A stretch of DNA of 32,000 bases from Candidatus Saccharimonadota bacterium (GCA_049511795.1 JBEKXS010000001.1:270001-302000); one strand, 5' to 3'. Counted from the first letter of the stretch, positions 9,520-18,932 are shown. The notes: generated from the letters alone by a model not told the origin. Made by a program: numbers and translations.

Positions 9520-10625
9520 ATTCTTCTTAGTTGTTTATTCCTATTTTTAATAGAAAGTTTGCCCGAATCAACTATTTTAAAACCATTTTGTCCCATCTTT
9601 TTCCTTAGTTTTTTATCTTCTATCAAAATAGACAATTTTTTTACCATATCCTTGACCATTTCAGGATGAATTTTCGAAGCATCTTTGTTAAATTTCTCGT
9701 ATTTAGGGTCAAATTTCACATATTTATCCCAGTGAATTTTTGTATTTATTAAAAAACCATTATATCCCTCATTTATTATCTCTGGCATAGCAAACATATT
9801 TGTTGCCATTACTGGAAGACCAACAGACATTGCTTCCACAACAGCTATGGCAAAAGTGTCAACAAGAGTTGGTTGGATATAGATATCTGGCTTGTAAAGA
9901 AATTCTTCATAAAATTTTTCCCTGGGAAGATTTTCTTCTGTAAAAGTTATATTTTTTAGATTTTTCCTTAAATGGACAGGAATTGTCCCTTTTATTTTTA
10001 AGTGAATATTATTATATTTTTTATTCAGTATCTGAAATGCATTCAGAAGATCATGCCCACCTTTTGTGTAGAAATCAAGGTCAATTGGAGAAGTTCTGCA
10101 TACAAAAGATAGTATCACATCATCAGATTGTTTCCTGTTTATTTTTGTTGTATGATATGCAGGATGAACAACTTCTATTTTATTCTTAAATTTCTTGCAG
10201 TCAATCCAGTCTTCCATATTCTTTTTTGCTGCATAAGAGTAAGGGAGTATCTTTTTGCACCATGGAGATGACAAGTATTTTGAAATAAAATATTTAGTAA
10301 TTGGCTTCTTTAGAGAAACCCAATTTAGCCCTGTAAAAGAAGCAGCCATTTCAACATCGACAACCCATGGTTTTTTGTTTGTCATTAAAACACCTCTTGT
10401 TGAATGAATAAGTTCTGAATCTTTTCCAGAGTGCATCATTCTTGGCAGCTGGAGAATTCCTTGGGTTTTTGTAATAGCGTTTTTCAGATATCTTACAAAA
10501 ACATCATTATATGTTGTATTTGGTACAAGACTTACTTTATATTTAACATTTTTTGGAGGATAATTTATTAGTTCTTTAAACAAAGGATGAGGACCACAAA
10601 TAAGATTTACGTCAATCTTTTTCAT
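9498..10625 (-). CDS. Glycosyltransferase family 4 (GT-B, glycosyl transferases group 1)
   Basis: The C-terminal domain block PTLVDTFAIAVVEAMSVGLPVMATNMFAMPEIINEGYNGFLI carries the E-x7-E signature of retaining GT4 enzymes. Confidence 0.75.
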   Translation of the reverse strand: MKKIDVNLICGPHPLFKELINYPPKNVKYKVSLVPNTTYNDVFVRYLKNAITKTQGILQLPRMMHSGKDSELIHSTRGVLMTNKKPWVVDVEMAASFTGLNWVSLKKPITKYFISKYLSSPWCKKILPYSYAAKKNMEDWIDCKKFKNKIEVVHPAYHTTKINRKQSDDVILSFVCRTSPIDLDFYTKGGHDLLNAFQILNKKYNNIHLKIKGTIPVHLRKNLKNITFTEENLPREKFYEEFLYKPDIYIQPTLVDTFAIAVVEAMSVGLPVMATNMFAMPEIINEGYNGFLINTKIHWDKYVKFDPKYEKFNKDASKIHPEMVKDMVKKLSILIEDKKLRKKMGQNGFKIVDSGKLSIKNRNKQLRRIYEEALR

Positions 10626-10647
10626 TAATAATAAATAGCAAATATAC

Positions 10648-10689
10648 TTTTAAAACTCTTATATAATACAATTCTATAAGGTTTAAAAA
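10648..10689. promoter_or_regulatory. Divergent promoter pair between GT4 (minus) and GT2 (plus)
   Basis: TTTTAAAA at 10648-10655 is centred 26.5 nt from the minus-strand ATG at 10625. TTTAAAAA at 10682-10689 is centred 25.5 nt from the plus-strand ATG at 10711. Confidence 0.5.
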
Positions 10690-10710
10690 TAAGTTTATGG
10701 TGGGTATTTT

Positions 10711-11637
10711 ATGGATTTATTAAGTAAAAAACAGCCAAAAGTTGCTATAATAATAACAACTTTTAATCAGAAAGATTTGTTGAAAAAATGCCTTAAATCT
10801 CTGGAAAATAAAACAAATTACGAAAATTACATGGTTTATGTTGTAGACGACAGCGGTAATGGTAAAATAGGGAAAACTATGAAAAATAGTTTCAATTGGA
10901 TTAATGTTATAATTAATAACAAAAATCTTGGATTCTCAAAAGCAAATAATATTGGAATAAGAAAATCTCTTAAAGAATATAATCCCGATTATATTCTTCT
11001 TTTGAATGATGATACAGAAATTATACAAGTGGACTGGCTAAAAAATATGGTATTGGCTGGAGAAAAGGATAAAAAAACAGGAATTTTAGGGTGCAAAATT
11101 GTATATCCTGATGGAAGTCTTCAAAACATTGGGGGGTATATAAGAAAGTGGGAAATTGTCAAAGAATTAAAAGATAGAAATGACATTTTTGAAGTTGATC
11201 ATGTAATGGGGTCATGTTTATTAATAAAAAGAGAAGTTATTGAGAAAATAGGAGTTTTGGATGAGGTTTTTTCTCCTTATCTACTTGAAGATACAGATTA
11301 TTGTTTAAGAGCAAAAAAAACAGGTTTTTTGATAAAAAGTGTAGGATCAGTCAAAATAATACATAAAAAAGGGAAAACTATAGACTCTCTCAAAGATAAG
11401 AAAGCTTTGTTTATTAGATTCAAAAACGATATAATCTTTTCTTTCAGGCATTTAAAATTTAAATATGCATTGTTCCGTGTTTTTGTTTATCTGCCTCTTG
11501 TTGCTGTTTTAAAGAAGAAAAAAGATGAAGACAATTTAGAGTTTAGAAATTTTGTTGTTAGAAAGGATTTCATAATAAATTTTGGTTTTTATTCTATTTC
11601 GCTAGTTTATACTCCCCTAAAAGTAATGTTAAGATGA
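10711..11637 (+). CDS. Glycosyltransferase family 2 (GT-A)
   Basis: VAIIITTFNQKDLLKKCLKSL, VVDDSGNG, LLLNDDTEI and EDTDYCLRAKKTGF are the classic GT2 DxD and ED motifs. Confidence 0.8.
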   Translation: MDLLSKKQPKVAIIITTFNQKDLLKKCLKSLENKTNYENYMVYVVDDSGNGKIGKTMKNSFNWINVIINNKNLGFSKANNIGIRKSLKEYNPDYILLLNDDTEIIQVDWLKNMVLAGEKDKKTGILGCKIVYPDGSLQNIGGYIRKWEIVKELKDRNDIFEVDHVMGSCLLIKREVIEKIGVLDEVFSPYLLEDTDYCLRAKKTGFLIKSVGSVKIIHKKGKTIDSLKDKKALFIRFKNDIIFSFRHLKFKYALFRVFVYLPLVAVLKKKKDEDNLEFRNFVVRKDFIINFGFYSISLVYTPLKVMLR

Positions 11638-12575
11638 AAAAAACAAATCAATGCAATCTTTGCGGAAATAAGGACTTGGAATTTCTCTTTTATGCAAAAG
11701 ATAAAAACATGAGAGTTCCTGGAAAATTCCCTATTTTAAAATGCAAAAAATGTGGGCTTATGATGATTGGGGTAATCCCAGATGATGCTGAGCTAAGAAG
11801 TTTTTATCCGAAAGAAAAGTATTATTCATATAAAAAAATAGATTCTTCTGGTTTCAAATTCAGGATGAGAATGCTTCTTTATAATATGTATTTCAATAAA
11901 GTAAAGAAAAATTCATTTAAGAAGCTTCTTTTATTCCCATTCTTACCTTTTAGCAGGGGTACAATAATAGAACCAGGCAAGAAATTACTGGATATCGGGT
12001 CTGGATCAGGACAGTTCCTTTATGAAATGAAGCAATTTGGAATTAATGTTTATGGTCTTGAACCTGGAGATTTTGATAGAAATTCAGCAAAAAAAGAAAA
12101 AATTGAAATAAAAAATACAGATTTGCTAAAAGCAAGATACCAAAATGAATCTTTTGATATAATAACTTTAAACCATGTTCTAGAGCATATTCAATATCCA
12201 AGAGGAACAATTAAAGAAATTTACAGGATATTAAAAAAAGGCGGCAAAATGGTTATAGGTGTCCCAAATTACAAATGCCTTGCATACTCAATTTTTGGTA
12301 AAAATTGGTATCAGTTAGATGTGCCAAGGCATTTTAATGATTTTTCTGATAAAATCTTAGTAAAAATACTTAAGGAAGAGGGTTTTAGAATAAATAAGAT
12401 CAGGTACAACTCAAGACCAACCCAGTTTAGTGTATCTCTTCTTTATTCTGTAAGAATTAATCCAAAAGAACATGTTTTATTGGCTAATATATTAAATATT
12501 TTCTTTATGCCCCTAACCTACTTTGTAAACTCAACTAAACTTGGAGATCAAATAGAGGTATTTTGCTCAAAATGA
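11634..12575 (+). CDS. Class I SAM-dependent methyltransferase with an N-terminal Zn-ribbon
   Basis: It has CNLCGN...CKKCGL (4-Cys), motif I LLDIGSGSGQFL and ITLNHVLEHI...GGKMVIGVPN. Its start overlaps the upstream GT2 stop as ATGA. Confidence 0.8.
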   Translation: MKKTNQCNLCGNKDLEFLFYAKDKNMRVPGKFPILKCKKCGLMMIGVIPDDAELRSFYPKEKYYSYKKIDSSGFKFRMRMLLYNMYFNKVKKNSFKKLLLFPFLPFSRGTIIEPGKKLLDIGSGSGQFLYEMKQFGINVYGLEPGDFDRNSAKKEKIEIKNTDLLKARYQNESFDIITLNHVLEHIQYPRGTIKEIYRILKKGGKMVIGVPNYKCLAYSIFGKNWYQLDVPRHFNDFSDKILVKILKEEGFRINKIRYNSRPTQFSVSLLYSVRINPKEHVLLANILNIFFMPLTYFVNSTKLGDQIEVFCSK

Positions 12576-13672
12576 AAAAAATGTGTATTATTTCATCAAA
12601 TCCTGATTTTTTAGGAGGTGTAAGTCTTTACACTTGGGATACAATAAATGAGCTAAAAAAATCTAAAAAATATGATATTTTTTGGATATATGGTGGCAGA
12701 AGCAATAGAAATTACAAGAAAAACGGAATAACCCTAGTAGAAATAAAAATTCCCAAGATTTATCCTTTTAATGAAATAATATTCAATTTTAAAGTTAAAA
12801 AGTTCCTAGAAAAAAATTGGTTTGATATAATAAATAGCAATGCAATATGGGGTTTTTGGTTGAAAAACTATAAGAAAAAAAGTAACCAAAAAATGGTCCA
12901 TACATATCATGGATCTACATATTATTTTTTTAAAAATCATTTTAAAAGAAATTCTTTCATAAAAAAAATAAGCGCTTTTTTTTCAATGAAACTCGGAATT
13001 TTAATGGAGAAGCCACCGTGGATAAAAGCTGATGAAATTATCTGCGTCTCAGAACATGTTAAGAGAGAATTAGAAGAATTGTATGGAAAAAGGAGAAAAG
13101 TCACTATTATTCATGCAAAGACCGATACTAAACATTTCAGACCAAGAAATAAAAAACTGATCAAGGAAAAATTAGGTCTTAATTTAAAGAATTGGTATGG
13201 ATTATATGTTGGAAGAGGAGGTTTCTGGACTAAGGGGCTAGACAGAGTTATTAATATCTCCAAAGAAATTTACAAAAAGGACAAGAATTATATGTTGTTA
13301 GTTATTGGTTCAGACCAAGAAAAAGTACAGAACATTTTAAAAGATAAATTTGTTGTTATTTTACCCCCAATAAACAGAGAGAATCTTCCTTATTATTACA
13401 ATTCGTCTGACATCTTTTTTAATTTATCTAGATATGAAGGGGGGGATCCAACACTCGCTACAGGAGAAGCTATGGCTTCTGGGTGTTTTGTTGTCTGCTC
13501 AAATGATGCACGGCAAGAAATAATAAAAAATGAAGTAAATGGTTTAGTAATTAGAAATTTTGATAAGCTTGCAGCTGAAAAAATATTAAAAGTAATGGAT
13601 GATAAAAATAAAAAAGAAAAAATGATTAAAAATTCTATAAATAAGATAACTAAGCTATCACAAATACATTAA
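12572..13672 (+). CDS. Glycosyltransferase family 4 (GT-B)
   Basis: SRYEGGDPTLATGEAMASGCFVVCSNDARQEIIKNEVNGLVI is the GT4 E-x7-E block. I prefer the ATG at 12572 (ATGA overlap with the upstream stop, GAGGT about 12 nt upstream) to the TTG at 12563 in the ORF track. Confidence 0.75.
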   Translation: MKKMCIISSNPDFLGGVSLYTWDTINELKKSKKYDIFWIYGGRSNRNYKKNGITLVEIKIPKIYPFNEIIFNFKVKKFLEKNWFDIINSNAIWGFWLKNYKKKSNQKMVHTYHGSTYYFFKNHFKRNSFIKKISAFFSMKLGILMEKPPWIKADEIICVSEHVKRELEELYGKRRKVTIIHAKTDTKHFRPRNKKLIKEKLGLNLKNWYGLYVGRGGFWTKGLDRVINISKEIYKKDKNYMLLVIGSDQEKVQNILKDKFVVILPPINRENLPYYYNSSDIFFNLSRYEGGDPTLATGEAMASGCFVVCSNDARQEIIKNEVNGLVIRNFDKLAAEKILKVMDDKNKKEKMIKNSINKITKLSQIH

Positions 13673-14445
13673 ATAATATTCTTTTCATGCATTGTTTTGA
13701 TATAGTGAAAAAAAAGCTCTATGTAAAAAGATAATTTATCTAAAACATTTGTTTTATCATCTAGTTCATTAAATTTCTTTATTACTTCATCTCTTAATTT
13801 TTCCTGTCTCTTCTTATCATAAGAAGACATAGCATCAGGATGCACCCTGTATTTAACAAGAAAATTAGGAATGTTTGTTAAATTTTTTCCTCTCTTGAGT
13901 AAATTGTAATAAAGATTATATTCATTATACTCATCAAATAAAATATTATCATTTCTAAACATTATTGAAGGGAATATTATTCCATTGCTTTTTCTTAACC
14001 TCCAAGCAAGCATTTTATAGTTATCATATTTTCTAAATTTGCTTATTTCTTTTCCATTTTCATCTATAAAAACCGCAGATGTGCCTATTAAGAAAATATT
14101 AGGATGATTTTCAAGATAACTTAATTCAATTTCCAGTCTTTTGGGGTGGGAAATATCATCTTGTGTGCAAATAGCAGCATATTTTCCTTTAGCTTTTTTA
14201 AGTCCTGTGTTTATTGAACCTGAAAATCCCTTATTTTTTATATTATTTATCAATTTAATTCTTTTATCTTTGTAGTTTTTGATTATTTTTAAAGAACTGT
14301 CAGGAGAAGCATCATTTATTATGATTAGTTCAAAATTTTTAAAAGTCTGATTTAAAATAGATTTTAAAGTTTCATCTAAAAATCTCTCACCTTTATACAC
14401 TGGTAAAATTACAGAAATCATTGGTTTTCTTGACTTTATATTCAT
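13669..14445 (-). CDS. Glycosyltransferase family 2 (GT-A)
   Basis: ISVILPVYKGERFLDETLKSILNQTFKNFELIIINDASPDSS is a canonical GT2 N-terminus, and QDDISHP serves as the DxD region. Confidence 0.8.
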   Translation of the reverse strand: MNIKSRKPMISVILPVYKGERFLDETLKSILNQTFKNFELIIINDASPDSSLKIIKNYKDKRIKLINNIKNKGFSGSINTGLKKAKGKYAAICTQDDISHPKRLEIELSYLENHPNIFLIGTSAVFIDENGKEISKFRKYDNYKMLAWRLRKSNGIIFPSIMFRNDNILFDEYNEYNLYYNLLKRGKNLTNIPNFLVKYRVHPDAMSSYDKKRQEKLRDEVIKKFNELDDKTNVLDKLSFYIELFFHYIKTMHEKNII

Positions 14446-14497
14446 AATCCCACAGAGTCATATCTATTTAAAAGGGTTTCTAAAGAAAAGCATATAA

Positions 14498-15514
14498 TCA
14501 TCCAAATATCTCTTTAAATCTTTTTAAGAATCTGCTAAAATTTGGGTGAATATCTTTTGTGTATTTGTTTCCAGGATAAAAAGGTTGTTTGATATATTCA
14601 TTATACAGTTTTTCGTCATTGTCTACTTTAATAATATGCTGTATAAGCTCTTTCATATTTTTGAAATCGTTGTAATTTATGAAGCTTTTAGTGTTAAAAT
14701 CTTTTGAAATGTCTTTATGACCAAAGTAAATTGGGATGCTGTTTACCAGCATAGGGTGTGTAAGCTTTTCAGTAACCCATCCAGATTCGGGCTTGTTTTC
14801 AAAAGCTATTGTAAATTTGTAAGGTTTTATGAATCTCAACTTTTCTTTCACCCAATTTTCTGAAAGTCTTGATTTTTTGGGGTTATCTGAACCAATTGGT
14901 GGCATGTTATTCATGCATCTTCCAGGAGCATCAATTTTCTTATATTTACTTAATTCTTTGAAGAAATTGTTTCTTGAGGAAATGTCTTGTGAATATATAA
15001 AATTACAAAATTTTGTTTTTTCTTTTTTTATTTTCTTAAAATTTATGTTTTTTTTAATCAGGGGGTTTCCTAGATTAGGTAATATGTAATCATTAGGTAA
15101 GTAAGGAAGAAGTCTCATGTACTTTGGATTATTGATCTCTTCTTCAAAATGAGAGCCAAAGGCCCAGTCACATTCATGCATATTTGGTTTTGTATGCTCA
15201 GCGCCATAAAAAATCTTTACAAAATTTCCTTTTAAGGGAGGTATTTTATGTTTTCCTCTTATTTTCTGTAGATTTGAATATAATTTCCTAGCTAAAATGT
15301 ATAGGCTAGGAGATATTTTTTTAATTAATTCTCCTTGTTTAGAAATATCTTTTACTTCTTTAAGCTCTGGGTAAACACAGTAGAAGACATAATCGGGGTT
15401 GTCGCTTATTATTATCTGATAATTTTTTCTCAAAAGATCTGTAAAGAAGTTTTTTTCTGGATTAAATCCTGGCCAAAAGTATCGAAAACCTATTTTTATT
15501 GTTTTCTTTTTCAT
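14498..15514 (-). CDS. Glycosyltransferase family 10 (alpha-1,3/4-fucosyltransferase-like; GDP-sugar dependent)
   Basis: FTIAFENKPESGWVTEKL (encoded at 14765-14815) matches the GT10 alpha-1,3-FucT motif F.L.FENS....Y.TEK. IPIYFG follows it, and the N-terminal IKIGF..FWPGFNPE block is as in bacterial GT10 enzymes. Confidence 0.7.
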   Translation of the reverse strand: MKKKTIKIGFRYFWPGFNPEKNFFTDLLRKNYQIIISDNPDYVFYCVYPELKEVKDISKQGELIKKISPSLYILARKLYSNLQKIRGKHKIPPLKGNFVKIFYGAEHTKPNMHECDWAFGSHFEEEINNPKYMRLLPYLPNDYILPNLGNPLIKKNINFKKIKKEKTKFCNFIYSQDISSRNNFFKELSKYKKIDAPGRCMNNMPPIGSDNPKKSRLSENWVKEKLRFIKPYKFTIAFENKPESGWVTEKLTHPMLVNSIPIYFGHKDISKDFNTKSFINYNDFKNMKELIQHIIKVDNDEKLYNEYIKQPFYPGNKYTKDIHPNFSRFLKRFKEIFG

Positions 15515-15581
15515 TTTATTAGCTGTTTTTTTACGTTTATTAAGATTACTATACTAATTTTAAGAAATAGATACCACAAAG

Positions 15582-15589
15582 TTTTTATA
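15582..15589 (+). promoter_or_regulatory. TATA box (TTTTTATA) for the cupin / C-methyltransferase / cupin operon; centre is 25.5 nt upstream of the ATG
   Basis: AAGTTTTTATAGAAAG, with the ATG at 15611. Confidence 0.5.
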
Positions 15590-15610
15590 GAAAGAACTTA
15601 AATCTTTTTC

Positions 15611-16018
15611 ATGGAAAAGATATTTTCTAAAGTCAATCCAAACATACTTTTGCATGTGGTACATAGAGAAGAGGATTTTTCAGAACCAAGACTTGAGCTT
15701 TCTCCTCAAGATCAGTATATGCAAGCTGTCGGTATGATTTTAAATGAAGGTAGAGAAGTACCTGCGCATAAACATCTTGAGTCTGATAAAATAAGTAAAA
15801 TAACACAAGAAGCAGTAATAGTTATAGATGGTTTATTAGAAGCAGAATATTATGATTTAGATGATTCTCTTATAAAAAAAATCGTATTAAAAAAAGGAGA
15901 TTGTTCTGTAACATTTAGAGGGGGTCATTCCTTCAAATCTTTAACAAATAATACTAAAATTTATGAGCTCAAAAATGGTCCTTATTATGGTAGAGAAAAA
16001 GATAAGGTAGGGATATAG
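15611..16018 (+). CDS. Small cupin-fold protein, WbuC-like (function unknown; polysaccharide-cluster associated)
   Basis: 135 aa. The pattern ...EGREVPAHKH...EAVIVIDGLLEAEYYD...GGHSFKSL...YELKNGPYYG resembles WbuC-family cupins (hRH, E.fvvl.G, wHs, E.K.GPY). This is recognition by eye only. Confidence 0.5.
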   Translation: MEKIFSKVNPNILLHVVHREEDFSEPRLELSPQDQYMQAVGMILNEGREVPAHKHLESDKISKITQEAVIVIDGLLEAEYYDLDDSLIKKIVLKKGDCSVTFRGGHSFKSLTNNTKIYELKNGPYYGREKDKVGI

Positions 16019-16019
16019 T

Positions 16020-17243
16020 ATGTTCAGAACAAATTGTTTAGTATGTGAATCAAATCAGCTGAAAGAAATAATAAACTTGGGGATGCAACCCTTTGCAGAT
16101 ACTTTTATTCCAAAAGATAAAATAAATGAAGCAGATTTAATTTATCCTTTAATTTGTGATTTGTGTTTAAATTGTGGTCATGTTCAAACAAAATGCATAA
16201 CAGACCCAAAGGAGAGATATGCACAGCATGATTACTCTTACACTTCATCAAATTCTTCATTTTCAAGATCTCACTGGGATGAATATTGTAAAAAAATGAT
16301 ACAAGATTTAGATCTTAAAAATGGTGATTTAACAGTAGAAGTAGGGTCTAACGATGGATATTTATCAGAACAATTCCAAAAAAATGGGTTTAAGGCAATA
16401 GGTGTTGATCCTTCACCTTATATGGCTGAGTTGGCAAAGCAAAGGGGGGTTAATACAATCATTGACTTATTTGATGAAAATGTTGGTGAAAAAATTTTGA
16501 AGGAATATGGAAAGGCTAAACTAGTTGCTGCGAATAATGTTTATAATCATTCAAACAATCCTTTAGGTTTTACAAAGACTGTTACAAATATTCTTTCTTC
16601 TGATGGGTATTTTGTATTTGAACAGCCATATTGGTTTACAACAATTCAAAGCGGCAAATTCGACCAAATATATCATGAACATGTAAGTTATTACACTGTT
16701 AAATCTGTTAAAGAACTTCTAGCTAAAGCTGGAATGAAAATAAAATCTGCAAAAATTGTTGATTACCATGGAGAATCTTTAAGGATTATAGCGCAGTTAG
16801 CAGAAAGTATAAAAGAAGAATCAGAAGAAGTAAAAAGAATGATTGAAAAAGAGGAAGAATTTGGATTATTTTCAGAAGAATTGTATAAAAAATACATGGA
16901 AGATAATATTAGAGCAAGAAATTTGTTTATGGAAAGAATTTTTAAAATAAAACAAAATGGCGGAACAATAATTGCAATAGGTGCTGCAGCAAAGGGTAAT
17001 ACCTTCCTTAATTTTTATGGACTTGATAATAGTTTAGTGGATTTTGTCACAGATTCTTCTCCGCATAAACAAGGAAAGTTCACTCCTGCAACAAGAATTC
17101 CTATTGTTGGAGATGAAATATTTTCAAAATATAAGGAACCTTATGCACTTATTCTTTCATGGAATATTGCTCATCAGCTAAAACCAATATTGGAAAAAAT
17201 TAATCCAAATATAAAATTTATATCTCCTGAAAGCCAGCAATAA
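16020..17243 (+). CDS. NDP-hexose C-methyltransferase-like enzyme (Zn-ribbon + class I SAM MTase + C-methyltransferase C-terminal domain; TylCIII/TcaB9 type), paralogue 1
   Basis: It has an N-terminal 4-Cys module (CLVCESNQL...GMQPFADTF...CDLCLNCGHVQ), SAM motif VEVGSNDGYL, FDQIYHEHVSYYT and a roughly 130 aa C-terminal Rossmann-like domain (IIAIGAAAKGNTFLNFYG). Confidence 0.75.
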   Translation: MFRTNCLVCESNQLKEIINLGMQPFADTFIPKDKINEADLIYPLICDLCLNCGHVQTKCITDPKERYAQHDYSYTSSNSSFSRSHWDEYCKKMIQDLDLKNGDLTVEVGSNDGYLSEQFQKNGFKAIGVDPSPYMAELAKQRGVNTIIDLFDENVGEKILKEYGKAKLVAANNVYNHSNNPLGFTKTVTNILSSDGYFVFEQPYWFTTIQSGKFDQIYHEHVSYYTVKSVKELLAKAGMKIKSAKIVDYHGESLRIIAQLAESIKEESEEVKRMIEKEEEFGLFSEELYKKYMEDNIRARNLFMERIFKIKQNGGTIIAIGAAAKGNTFLNFYGLDNSLVDFVTDSSPHKQGKFTPATRIPIVGDEIFSKYKEPYALILSWNIAHQLKPILEKINPNIKFISPESQQ

Positions 17244-17273
17244 TGTTATAAACCAGCAATTATATTTAAGAAA

Positions 17274-17744
17274 ATGATAATAAAAAACGTTTGGAAAGAT
17301 GTAAAAAAACCATTGGAAATCCATGAAGATAATCGTGGTATAATCGCAGATATTTTCTATAAAGACAATATTGAGCATGTCAATATAATAAGCTCAAAAA
17401 AAGGCGTGAGAAGAGGTGACCATTATCATAAGGCAACTACACAGCACATGCTTATGATAAAAGGTTCTATGATTTATGTTTATGCACCCCTCAACAATCC
17501 GAAAGATGTCAGATATGTCTTGGCAAAAAAAGGAGACTTAATTAGCACACCGCCATCGGAAATACACACTCTTCTTTTTCCTGAAGACAATGAATTCATG
17601 ACATTCAGCTCTGGACTAAGGGGTGGTCAGGATTATGAAAAAGACACATACAGGGTTGAACCTCTTGTTTTGCCTAATGAAATAAAAAGCATTGTGAGTA
17701 ATGATCCAAAATTAGTACGTCAAAAGCATGAAATAAGGAAATAA
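17274..17744 (+). CDS. Cupin-fold nucleotide-sugar isomerase/epimerase-like protein (FdtA/WxcM / CapF C-terminal-domain-like)
   Basis: 156 aa. HEDNRGIIADIF and RRGDHYHKATTQHMLMIKGSM resemble the D.RG and RG.H.H blocks of sugar 3,4-ketoisomerase and 3-epimerase cupins. Confidence 0.55.
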   Translation: MIIKNVWKDVKKPLEIHEDNRGIIADIFYKDNIEHVNIISSKKGVRRGDHYHKATTQHMLMIKGSMIYVYAPLNNPKDVRYVLAKKGDLISTPPSEIHTLLFPEDNEFMTFSSGLRGGQDYEKDTYRVEPLVLPNEIKSIVSNDPKLVRQKHEIRK

Positions 17745-17752
17745 AAACTATT

Positions 17753-18850
17753 TTATTTGATCAAACTATTAGCAATTATTTCTTTTGCTTTATTTATATA
17801 ATAACCATCATTTCTTTCAATTCCTGGTTCCATCGGAATAATTCCTTTTTCTTCCATCTGCTCTTTTAAATCAGATACGAGCATCATTTTAACAAGCTCT
17901 TTAAATTTGATTTGAGGGTTCCATCCAAGTATTTTTCTTGCCTTTGCAGAATTACCTAAAAGTGCTGGAACTTCTGCTGGCCTTTTATTAATATCATTTA
18001 TTTCTACATAATTTTCATAATTTAATCCAAGAAGCCCAAATGCCTCTTTTACAAATTCTAAAATAGTATGCGTCTCATTTGTTGAAATTACATAATCATC
18101 TGGTTGTGGCTGCTGTAATATTTCCCACATCGCTTTTACATATTCTTTTGCATATCCCCAGTCCCTCATTGAATTTAAGTTACCTAGGGAAATTTTGTTT
18201 GTTTCTCCAACAACTATTCTAGCTAATTCCTTTGTTATTTTTTTTGTTACGAAGTTATACCCTCTTCTTGGTGATTCATGATTGAAAAGTATTCCATTTG
18301 AAGCATGTATTCCATATGCATTTCTATAAAGTCTTGTTAAATGATAAGCTGCAAGTTTTGAGATACCATAAGGACTTTGAGGAAGCATTGGCGTTGATTC
18401 ATCCTGTGGTGGTGGAGAGATACCAAACATTTCTGAAGAAGAAGCCTGATAAAACTTACATTTTGATTTTAATTGTCTAAGAGTTTCCAGTATTCTAAGG
18501 GGACCAAGTGCATTAATGTTTATTGTTGACTCTGGATTATCAAAGCTTATTCCAACATGGCTTTGTGCAGCAAGATTATAAATTTCATCTGGCTTGAATT
18601 TTTCTATTATTAATCTAACTGAGTTTGGGTCAGTTATATCGCCGTAAAAAACAGAGAAAGGTAATGATTCATCATCAACTGCTTTAAAATGCTGAAATTT
18701 TTTTACTAAATGTTCGAATCTTTTTGTATTTGGCAAGCTTGCTCTTCTTATTATCCCCCTAACTTTATACCCTTTTTCAAGCAGAAATTCAGCCAAATAA
18801 GATCCATCTTGACCTCCTATTCCTGTTATTAAAGCAACTTTTTGCGCCAT
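17753..18850 (-). CDS. gmd: GDP-mannose 4,6-dehydratase
   Basis: VALITGIGGQDGSYLAEFLLEKGYKVRGIIRRAS, NLAAQSHV, SSSEMFG, SPYGISKLAAYH and NHESPRRG give a near-canonical Gmd motif set along the whole length. Confidence 0.9.
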   Translation of the reverse strand: MAQKVALITGIGGQDGSYLAEFLLEKGYKVRGIIRRASLPNTKRFEHLVKKFQHFKAVDDESLPFSVFYGDITDPNSVRLIIEKFKPDEIYNLAAQSHVGISFDNPESTININALGPLRILETLRQLKSKCKFYQASSSEMFGISPPPQDESTPMLPQSPYGISKLAAYHLTRLYRNAYGIHASNGILFNHESPRRGYNFVTKKITKELARIVVGETNKISLGNLNSMRDWGYAKEYVKAMWEILQQPQPDDYVISTNETHTILEFVKEAFGLLGLNYENYVEINDINKRPAEVPALLGNSAKARKILGWNPQIKFKELVKMMLVSDLKEQMEEKGIIPMEPGIERNDGYYINKAKEIIANSLIK

Positions 18851-18932
18851 TTTAGTATGAACATACTGATTTATATGCCGTTTATAAAGATTGTGAAGAA
18901 GTATTAACTAATTAAATAGTAATTTTATTGAT

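Noticed and set aside
18854-18867. A perfect inverted repeat, AGTATG-AA-CATACT, lies between the TATA-like elements and the gmd start codon. It could be an operator.
   Set aside because: A 6+6 bp palindrome with a short spacer is expected several times by chance in about 1.5 kb of AT-rich intergenic DNA. My rough estimate is about 0.29 per matched position. No second copy appears at other promoters of the island.
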